This document shows, piece after piece, positions 37,901-46,584 of a stretch of 64,000 bases of DNA (position 1 is the first letter of the stretch; the number at the start of each line of letters is the position of its first letter). The stretch lies in NCBI GenBank assembly GCA_950097015.1, contig CATNEN010000029.1, positions 7,068,001 through 7,132,000 on the forward strand. Direction: 5' to 3'. The notes below the pieces were generated by a model, which was not told where the DNA came from, searched no databases, and saw only the letters and a list, made by a program, of their open reading frames with translations. Origin of the DNA: Macrostomum hystrix. Taxonomy: Eukaryota; Animalia; Platyhelminthes. The position numbers and the translations under genes are program-made.

Positions 37901-40900
37901 CACCTTCACCACCGCCACCGTGACACGGCGTCTATGCGGCCAGCTGCCCGTTACTTTTCACGACCTTCTGCGCGTGGACGGAGCCACAGTTCGCGCCTGG
38001 TGGCTGCCCGCCTTTTGCCTGTCGATGGCTGTGCTGCAGCTGCCCCTGCTGGCTCCAGTGCGCACTGTGGCTTGACTTGCTTGAATATACTCACGAGCTG
38101 GCGATGCACTATTAGGCTAGAGATGGCTAGGGTGATTGTGACGAAATCCTAGGGAAATTTCGGGATAGAAAGGGTGTGAGTTGAATTCTATCAGCCTAGA
38201 ATCCTTTCTGACCAAGTATTCTTAGCTGAGCTTCATTAGACTATCTATCTGAGTGCACTAACATACTAATCGACTAATTAAATAACAATATGTTTTTGCG
38301 TAGATTTGAGCATGTCCAAGGCGTTTGTCTGTTTACAAATTCGGGAATCAGAAAGCCAGCTTGGCCAACCCCACAGACCGGCTTTCACCTTGTTGAACTA
38401 TTGGACGCCTACGGCATCGCCTGGTCTGTGGCGCTGCTTTGCCTCATGGAGTTGGCCACCATCAGCTGGGTTTTCGGCGTGCAGCAGTTTAGCGCCATCA
38501 TCAAGATCATGCTGCGCGGCAATTTGTCACTTTGGTGGAAGGCGTGCTGGACTGTCATTTCGCCTGCAGCCCTGCTGGTGAGTGTTCCAAGAGCAATGCT
38601 CTGATCACCTGGACAACAAAGCCTGATCTTACTTACTCATACTGGGCTCTTCACGCTGAAGTCCTTCCTGAATTCCTACTCCTGAAGTCCGTCTCCTAAT
38701 ATCCTTCTCCTGAAGTCCTTCTCCTGAAGTCCTTCTCCTGAAGTCCTTCTCCTGAATTCCTACTCCTGAAGTCCGTCTCCTAATATCCTTCTCCTGAAGT
38801 CCTTCTCCTGAAGTCCTTCTCCTGAAGTCCTTCTCCTGAATTCCTACTCCTGAAGTCCGTCTCCTAATATCCTTCTCCTGAAGTCCTTCTCCTGAAGTCC
38901 TTCTCCTGAAGTCCTTCTCCTGAATTCCTACTCCTGAAGTCCGTCTCCTAATATCCTTCTCCTGAAGTCCTTCTCCTGAAGTCCTTCTCCTGAAGTCCTT
39001 CTCCTGAAGTCCTTCTCCTGAATTCCTACTCCTGAAGTCCGTCTCCTAATATCCTTCTCCTGAAGTCCTTCTCCTGAAGTCCTTCTCCTGAAGTCCTTCT
39101 CCTGAATTCCTACTCCTGAAGTCCGTCTCCTAATATCCTTCTCCTGAAGTCCTTCTCCTGAAGTCCTTCTCCTGAAGTCCTTCTCCTGAATTCCTACTCC
39201 TGAAGTCCGTCTCCTAATATCCTTCTCCTGAAGTCCTTCTCCTGAAGTCCTTCTCCTGAAGTCCTTCTCCTGAATTCCTACTCCTGAAGTCCGTCTCCTA
39301 ATATCCTTCTCCTGAAGTCCATCCCGAAGTGCATAACTCGAAATCCTCATATTGAAGACCTCTCGCTGAAGTTCTATTTTTAAAGTCGTCATAAAGGCCT
39401 CTGACCGTTAAACAGCCAGCTTGAAGTCCGCCTCCTGAAATAGTAATTCAGAACTCCTGACCTTTGCAACCAATGCTCAGGTCAATCTAGTGATCAAATG
39501 GTTCAACAAGTCCACAGAAGTAGGCCTGCCGCTGCCAGAATGGACCAAAACAGCCAGCTACGTGCTGCAATTCCTGCCACTGCTGCCGCTGCCCATCTGC
39601 ATCGCCTACTACTTGGTCTTCGAAGCCAAAGGGTCACTTAAGCAGGTAACTACTACTAGTTCTACTACTACTTATACTCAATGACAGAGCGGTTAACTCG
39701 TTTTCCTCTCGCACCAAACTCCCTGAGCTCGATTCCGCGGCGAGGCGACATTTATCTGGGGCGCAGCCGCGGAGAGGTTTGGGGGCTTGTCGTGCAATTT
39801 ACGCCCTTGAGGGCCAACCTCCAAGGCACAGTGAGAGTGTACACTGCCTGACGATGAGAAAGTCAGAGCAGATGTACACACCTGTGTGAGCGTATGCCTG
39901 CGTACAGTATCTGTGTGCGTGTGAGTCAGGATTCAGCGGAATCGGCAGAATTGCCTCCTTGCTGGCTGCAGGTCTAGTGTCACCAAATTATGTGCCATTG
40001 CCCATTACCCACTACTACTACTGCTACTACTACTACTACTACTACTACTGCTACTACTACTACTACTGCTACTACTACTACTACTACTACCACCACTACT
40101 ACTACTACTACTACTACCACTACTACTACTACTACTACTAATAATAATAATAATAAAAATCCCTCAGCGTATGAAGTCCCTCGTCACCATCAACAAGAGC
40201 ATGTTCAATGGCGAAGAGTTCAATAAGCAAGTGTACGGCAATCACGCCACGGAGGCAACCGCCGAGGCAGCTGTTAGGAGGCCTCCGCGCAGTGTCAGCG
40301 CCATGGTGGACGGCGTCGACGCTATCACCGACGATCCGGACGGCAGTGGAGTGAGCGGCACCGGCAGCAGTATCAGCAGAGGCCTGGATGTCAGCAACGC
40401 GCCGAACGGCAAGGCCAATCATCGCCGGCTGACCAGCAAACGTCGGGTGAGCATCTACGGCAACGAGTTCGCCATCAGGATGGACTCAACGAACTCCAAG
40501 ATGCAGTTCTCTCGGCTATCGAGCGGGCAGCAGCAGCCGCTGTCGACAGTGCACAGTCTGTCATCGTCTTCGTCTTCTAGGATGCACAAGAGCAGCTCGG
40601 GCAGCGGCGGCAGCGGCGGTGGCAGAGGAAAGAAGCTGGACCTGCGCGGCATGATGGCAGCGCAGAAGAACTCGGTGCTGCCACTCGTCAACTTGGCCGC
40701 CACCATGGCCATCAACGGCGGCGGCAGCGGCCGGAGGAATTTCTGCCGACAATGCGGAGGTGAGATTTCAGAATGCAATTTTCCAGGAATTGTGCTGCAG
40801 ATTGTAATCCATTCGTTTGAGCTTCAGACTTCCGACCGAAGAGAGACATTTTATGCAATTGAGCAAGACACTTCATTCCCCAAGTGCTTCAATTTACCCG

Positions 40901-42361
40901 GCTATAAAATGGGTATCAGCATCAGCTGGGTTAGATATTAGTGGGGTGGGTGTGGCGGCCTCCTTAGTCCACGGACTGAACAGCTGTAGGCAGCTTTTAG
41001 AAGCGACGCGCAATAGCTGCGGCTGTGCCACAGGCTGAATATCTGGCCCAACTATTCTAGGTGTAATTTCTATATCTAACCATTCTATGGAAATGGTTGC
41101 ACTGCTGTGGGATTAGAGCACTGCTGTTTGATCCAGATGAGTAGGGATTTGAGCACTGCTGTTTGATCCAGATGAGTAGGGATTTGAGCACTTCTGTTTG
41201 ATCCAGATGAGTAGGGATTTGAGCACTGCTGTTTGATCCAGATGAGTAGGGATTTGAGCACTGCTGTTTGATCCAGATGAGTAGGGATTTGAGCACTGCT
41301 GTTTGATCCAGATGAGTAGGGATTAGAACACTGCTGTTTGATCCAGATGAGTAGGGATTTGAGCACTGCTGTTTGATCCAGATGAGTAGGGATTTGAGCA
41401 CTGCTGTTTGATCCAGATGAGTAGGGATTTGAGCACTGCTGTTTGATCCAGATGAGTAGGGATTTGAGCACTGCTGTTTGATCCAGATGAGTAGGGATTA
41501 GAGCACTGCTGTTTGATCCAGATGAGTAGGGATTAGAACACTGCTGTTTGATCCAGATGAGTAGGGATTTGAGCACTGCTGTTTGATCCAGATGAGTAGG
41601 GATTTGAGCACTGCTGTTTGATCCAGATGAGTAGGGATTTGAGCACTGCTGTTTGATCCAGATGAGTAGGGATTTGAGCACTGCTGTTTGATCCAGATGA
41701 GTAGGGATTAGAGCACTGCTGTTTGATCCAGATGAGTAGGGATTTGAGCACTGCTGTTTGATCCAGATGAGTAGGGATTTGAGCACTGCTGTTTGATCCA
41801 GATGAGTAGGGATTTGAGCACTGCTGTTTGATCCAGATGAGTAGGGATTTGAGCACTGCTGTTTGATCCAGATGAGTAGGGATTTGAGCACTGCTGTTTG
41901 ATCCAGATGAGTAGGGATTTGAGCACTGCTGTTTGATCCAGATGAGTAGGGATTAGAACACTGCTGTTTGATCCAGATGAGTAGGGATTTGAGCACTGCT
42001 GTTTGATCCAGATGAGTAGGGATTAGAACACTGCTGTTTGATCCAGATGAGTAGGGATTTGAGCACTGCTGTTTGATCCAGATGAGTAGGGATTTGAGCA
42101 CTGCTGTTTGATCCAGATGAGTAGGGATTAGAGTACTGCTGTTTGATCCAGATGAGTAGGGATTTGAGCACTGCTGTTTGATCCAGATGAGTAGGGATTA
42201 GAGCACTGCTGTTTGATCCAGATGAGTAGGGATTTGAGCACTGCTGTCCATCGTGACTTTTTATTTCAGTCTCTGGCAGTCGAGAAACTATACTTAACAG
42301 TGCCAGTGCCACTGCTGAAGCAGATACAGAAGGTGTGATTTCAAAGGCGCCACTTCAGCAG

Positions 42362-42429
<68 letters not shown>

Positions 42430-42565
42430 GGAACAGCAGCAGCAGCAGCAGCAGCAAAAACAACAACAACAGCAGCAGCAGCAGCAGCAGCAGCAAAAAC
42501 AACAACAACAGCAGCAGCAGCAGCAGCCGGAACAGCAGCAGCAGCAGCAGCAGCAAAAACAACAA

Positions 42566-42597
<32 letters not shown>

Positions 42598-42610
42598 AAA
42601 ACAACAACAA

Positions 42611-42666
<56 letters not shown>

Positions 42667-42805
42667 ACAGCAACAGCAGCAGCAGCAGCAGCATCAGCAG
42701 CAGCAGCAGCAGCAGCAGAAGGAACAGCAGCAGCAGCAGCAGCAAGACAGTGCTTGCCAAACTGACCCATCAGTAACAGAGCACGTTAGACGTAACTCAA
42801 TGTGA
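28905..42805 (+). CDS. SLC6: SLC6/NSS transporter domain 2 with long C-tail. Exons 28905-29049, 29838-30113, 31666-31810, 32298-32433, 35134-35372, 35986-36113, [36287-36570 or 37762-38057], 38377-38577, 39481-39645, 40168-40759, 42270-42805
   Basis: [72 protein letters not shown]. All phases join in frame; no in-frame ATG upstream of TM1 (stop at 28842). The last exon join is inferred from phase only. Confidence 0.85.
29197..29760. mobile_element. Non-autonomous DNA element with TTAA flanks (partial copy of the 36687 family)
   Basis: ttaa|cagtagtactaccaag ... ggcagttctattg|ttaa; body matches 36687-37411. Confidence 0.75.
30360..30635 (-). mobile_element. SINE family B
   Basis: Reverse complement of the 21837 copy plus additional 3' segment. 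Confidence 0.85.
31255..31554 (-). mobile_element. SINE family A
   Basis: Minus-strand head ggggttgagtagcagagcggtctaacgcg...gagttcgattcc. Confidence 0.8.
31980..32210. repeat. ~36-bp intronic minisatellite
   Basis: Unit tctactgataggtgtgaagctaactaattatatag with variants. Confidence 0.85.
32478..32748 (-). mobile_element. SINE family B
   Basis: Highly similar reverse complement of 21837-22040. Confidence 0.85.
33210..34287 (+). mobile_element. Internally deleted P-superfamily DNA transposon
   Basis: TIRs caaggacttttatataatagcatctggactggaa / ttccagtccagatgctattatatagaagtccttg; exact 7-bp TSD tccagcc at 33203-33209 and 34288-34294. Confidence 0.9.
33465..34133 (+). pseudogene. P-element/THAP9-like transposase fragment (222 aa, no THAP domain, truncated)
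   Basis: Motifs [54 protein letters not shown]. Confidence 0.85.
34484..34960 (+). mobile_element. Unclassified fold-back dispersed repeat family C
   Basis: Internal inverted repeat catcgtcaagatattcagcgattcttgtcg / cgacgagaatctttgaacatcttgacgatg; homologs at 14720 and 37460. Confidence 0.65.
35600..35870. repeat. 16-bp intronic minisatellite
   Basis: Unit ttcaagttaatcccaa. Confidence 0.85.
36287..36570 (+). CDS. SLC6 domain 2 TM8-TM9 exon, version X1
   Basis: ttgcag acceptor (phase 1), gtaact donor (phase 0); [32 protein letters not shown]. Confidence 0.75.
36687..37411. mobile_element. Non-autonomous long-TIR DNA element with TTAA target duplication
   Basis: ttaa|cagtaaggactaccaag ... 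cttggtagttctactg|ttaa; 179-bp inverted arms 36787-36965 and 37194-37372. Confidence 0.85.
37460..37690 (+). mobile_element. Repeat family C, deleted copy
   Basis: Matches 34484-34660 and 34850-34960. Confidence 0.6.
37762..38057 (+). CDS. SLC6 domain 2 TM8-TM9 exon, version X2
   Basis: tccccag acceptor (phase 1), gtgcgc donor (phase 0); [42 protein letters not shown]. Confidence 0.7.
38660..39320. repeat. 14-bp intronic minisatellite with 84/98-bp higher-order blocks
   Basis: Unit tgaagtccttctcc with periodic variants gaattcctactcc and gtctcctaatatcc. Confidence 0.95.
39681..40157 (+). mobile_element. SINE family A with expanded (TAC)n(TAA)n tail
   Basis: Body matches the 20985 copy; ~150-bp triplet tail ends 10 nt before the exon starting at 40168. 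Confidence 0.85.
40895..41052 (+). mobile_element. 5'-truncated SINE family B
   Basis: Matches the 3' half of the 30360 and 32478 copies. Confidence 0.7.
41100..42245. repeat. 35-bp intronic minisatellite
   Basis: Unit gagcactgctgtttgatccagatgagtagggattt. Confidence 0.95.
42356..42745 (+). repeat. (CAG/CAA)n tract, ~130 codons, polyglutamine in the inferred terminal exon
   Basis: In-frame interruptions (K, PE, E, H); 99-bp internal duplication (ccg at 42428 and 42527). Confidence 0.95.
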
Positions 42806-43429
42806 GAAAGACTTAACGAATACACCAACCTGTCATCGTGTCGCTAGTTTTTTCTTAGAAATAATTTATTATCAAGCTGCGAGTCTATAAGTAAGAAAAA
42901 GGCTAGCTTACCAATTGCTGTCTAATCAATTTAGTGTTATTTGACACAGCCGCCACTGGCGCCCAAGGCTTTCTGACCCAGTACAATATACGAGCTACAG
43001 TCGCTGAGTCTATTTATTCATTGCGTCACTCTTTTATAACTTGATCATGATTCGGCCATCTAGGAATCCATGATCTTTTGATTGCTCTCATTATGATCAA
43101 TCAGTTTGTCGGATTGAAAAATAATTGTTTCATTTTATCACTTAAAGGTAGTTTGAAAAAAGCTTTTCGTAAGCAAAACAATTCAAAAGCGCATATAGAA
43201 AATGCTGTATTTGTACAGTGGGTTGTGTCTCAGTGCGTATTTTAAAGTAAAAAACAGAAAACTTTTGGCCACTGTGACTCGGTATTGGCAGGTGCACACA
43301 TCTAGGTTTAAATTTGATTTTCATATAAAAGTTATAGCAAAATGACATTAATTGATTGACAAGGGACAGCGATGCAAATTTAAAACCAATTGTGATAACG
43401 GTTGGTTATCCATCAATCAGGTAGATTTC

Positions 43430-45050
43430 CGTCTAACAAGTAGGCTTCTGTCTAAAAGGTAGAATTTCTTCAGTCTAGCAGGTAGAATTCTGTCTAACAT
43501 GCCAATTTCTGTCTAACAGGTATATTTCTGTCTAGCAGGTAGACTTCTGTCTAACAGCTAGACTTCTGTCTAACAGGTAGACCTCTGTCTAACAGGTAGA
43601 CCTCTGTCTAACAGGTAGACCTCTGTCTAACAGGTAGACCTCTGTCTAACAGGTAGACCTCTGTCTAACAGGTAGACCTCTGTCTAACATGTAGATTTCT
43701 GTCTAACAGGTCGATTTCTGTCTAACAGGTCGATTTCTGTCTAACAGGTCGATTTCTGTCAAACAGGTCGATTTCTGTCTAGCAGGTCGATTTCTGTCTA
43801 ACAGGTTGATTTCAGTCTAAAAGGAGATTTCTGTCTAACAGGTCGATTTCTGTCTAACAGGTCGATTTCTGTCTAACAGGTAGACCTCTGTCTAACAGGT
43901 AGACCTCTGTCTAACAGGTAGACCTCTGTCTAACAGGTAGACCTCTGTCTAACATGTCGATTTCTGTCTAACAGGTAGACCTCTGTCAAACAGGTCGATT
44001 TCTGTCTAACAGGTCGATTTCTGTCTAACAGGTCGATTTCTGTCTAACAGGTCGATTTCTGTCTAGCAGGTCTAGCAGGTCGATTTATGTCTAACAGGTT
44101 GATTTCTGTCTAACAGGTCGATTTCTGTCTAACAGGTCGATTTCTGTCTAACAGGTCGATTTCTGTCAAACAGGTCGATTTCTGTCTAGCAGGTCGATTT
44201 CTGTCTAACAGGTTGATTTCTGTCTAACAGGTCGATTTCAGTCTAACATGGTGATTTCTGTCTAAAAGGAGATTTCTGTCTAACACAGGGGTGGGCAAAC
44301 CTATTTGCTGGCGGGCCAAAGAGAGAGCCTAAAAGACGACAGCGGGCCGCATTGACTGTATAAATATGAGATAGGGGAGAGATGAGACACGGGAGAGATG
44401 AGACACAGGAAAGATGGGACACGAGAGAGATGAGACACGGGAGAGATAAGACAGGGAAGAGATTAGACAGGGAAGAGATTAGACACGGGAGAAATTAGAC
44501 AGGGAAGAGATTAGACACGGGAGAAATTAGACAGGGAAGAGATTAGACACGGGAGAAATTAGACACGGGAGAGATTAGACACGGGAGAAATTAGACACGG
44601 GAGAGATTAGACACGGGAGAAATTAGACAGGGAAGAGATTAGACACGGGAGAGATTAGACACGGGAGAGATTAGACACGGGAGAGATTAGACAGGGAAGA
44701 GATTAGACACGGGAGATATTAGACACGGGAGAGATTAGACATGGGAGAGATTAGACACGGGAGAGATTAGACACGGGAGAGATTAGACACGGGAGAGATA
44801 AGACAGGGAAGAGATTAGATACGAGAGCGATGAGACACGGGAGATATTAGACACGAGAGAGATGAAACAGGACACTGTAGATGTCAGAAGGGGCAACGGG
44901 CCGGATTTGGGAGCTTCGAGGGCCGCATCTGGCCCGCGGGCCGGAGTTTGCCCACCCCTGGTCTAACAGGTCGATTTCTGTCTAACAGGGGGGAGACTTC
45001 TGTCTAACAGGTCGATTTCTGTCTAACAGGCAGACATCTGTCAGTTATAT
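43430..45050. repeat. 19-bp minisatellite interrupted by a MITE
   Basis: Unit gtctaacaggtagacctct / gtctaacaggtcgatttct. Confidence 0.95.
44286..44960 (+). mobile_element. hAT (Charlie-like) MITE, intact ends, expanded internal minisatellite
   Basis: Perfect 15-bp TIR caggggtgggcaaac / gtttgcccacccctg; 8-bp TSD gtctaaca on both sides. Confidence 0.9.
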
Positions 45051-45314
45051 GGCAAGGACAAGTTCTTAGTAGAATAAGAATAGAATAAATAAATAATATG
45101 TAGGGCTAGACTACCCTCTTTACAGCCGTTTCGGATAAAAAAAGCTGTAGAAATAGTCTTCAGGCAAAGTAATGAATCATAAATCTAGATGTCTAATTAC
45201 TGGTACTTTTTAATAAGACCCATTACTAAACTGATAATTACATTCAACACACCAGCGGTGCTCACAGGATCTAAAAAGTGTTGCCCGATGCTGCTCAAAC
45301 TACGAGTAAGTTTG

Positions 45315-46404
45315 TCACTGCTCCGGCAGCGATGATTCCGAATCGCAGAGAGTCACTTGGCGGTGCTGAAGCTGCCAGCGCTTGTAACCGGCCCTGTGAC
45401 CGCGCCACAGCTGCCAGATCCACAGCAGGAAGCCCGACAGGACAAACGGTGTCAGCACAATGCCGAAGCAGATCTCCCAGAAGGAGTATTGCCTCAGTCT
45501 GAGGTAGCGAAGTTCGCGAAAATGCTGCAGTGCTGACACAGAGAGCAGGTTGCAGTACACTATCAGAGGCAGCATTAGCAGCATACTCAACAGGTCCAGC
45601 AGGGCAACGCAGTGCCTTAGCCGAGGTCCATTGCGAAAGTACTGAGTTAGGCCCGGCTGTTCAATGTGCACGGGCAGCGGCTGCAGGCACAGCTCGCACT
45701 GCTGCTTCTTGGACATGCCCAGCCAGCGGGTCAGGCAGTGCCGGTGCAGGCTGCCGACCGTGCCCTGGCAGCCGCATAGGCGGCGAAGCGGCCCCGAGGA
45801 GGCTCCGTCCAGGCAGATTCGGCAGACCGGAGTGTCGTCCGACTTGTGCTGCTTCAATTGAAAGATTTGCAGGGCTATAAGGAGATTTTCGGATCGGTGG
45901 GGTTGCAGGGTCGAGAAGGTCGCAGGGTCGATGGGGTTGCAGGGTCGATGAGGTTGCAGGGTCGATGGGGTTTCAGGGTCGATGGGGTTGCAGGGTCGAT
46001 GGGGTTTCAGGGTCGATGTGGTTTCAGAGTCGATGGGGTTGCAGGGTCGAGAAGGTCGCAGGGTCGATGGGGTTGCAGGGTCGATGGGGTTTCAGGGTCG
46101 ATGGGGTTGCAGGGTCGATAATGTTGCAGGATATTTCGAAGGTTTCCTTCACAAAAATCAAGCAAGACATCACCTCCAGCTGAAGCTCCGTGTTGGCAGT
46201 AATATCCATGCTACTCCCGGCCGGAGGGTCGCTTCTAGCTAAGAAGCTGTGGTCACTTCGACATCCGTTGACTTCGGAGGTGTACGTTGCCATAGTCAGA
46301 GTGTTCAATAGGCCAGGCAAAGGCAAAGCTGCGGCATGTGCGGCAGCGGTAGGCGCCGGGGTGTCCTGCTCTGCGTCATCCTTCTGTGACGGGTTTTTCG
46401 ACAT
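45315..46404 (-). CDS. MARCHF: MARCH-family RING-CH E3 ubiquitin ligase (MARCH2/3-like). Exons ~46404-46174 and 45851 (or 45848)-45315; start codon uncertain
   Basis: CRIC..LCGCQGT..HRHCL..W..CELC followed by two hydrophobic segments. Phase-0 donor gtgatg; tandem AAG/CAG acceptors. Confidence 0.85.
45890..46130. repeat. 20-bp minisatellite in the MARCH intron
   Basis: Unit gggtcgatggggttgcaggg and variants. Confidence 0.9.
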
Positions 46405-46584
46405 CAAAGCCAATAAAGAACAGAGCAGTTTAGAAAATTACTTCTCATTAATAACTCTGCAATTTCCCACTTTACCTAGCTACCGCTGCTGCGTCTATCT
46501 GCTGATAGACTTTTAACAAGCACCATAGACTGTTTTAGTTATCAATACGAGACTAGAATGTAATGGTTGTGTTTGCATGTAGAA

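Noticed and set aside
40760-40941. Read-through C-terminus of the 40171-40941 ORF
   Set aside because: A good donor at 40760 precedes it and its end runs into a SINE B fragment; treated as intron, though retention cannot be excluded.
42294-42770. Poly-Ala and poly-Leu ORFs on the minus strand
   Set aside because: Antisense frames of the CAG tract; only the plus-strand Gln frame links to a phased splice acceptor.
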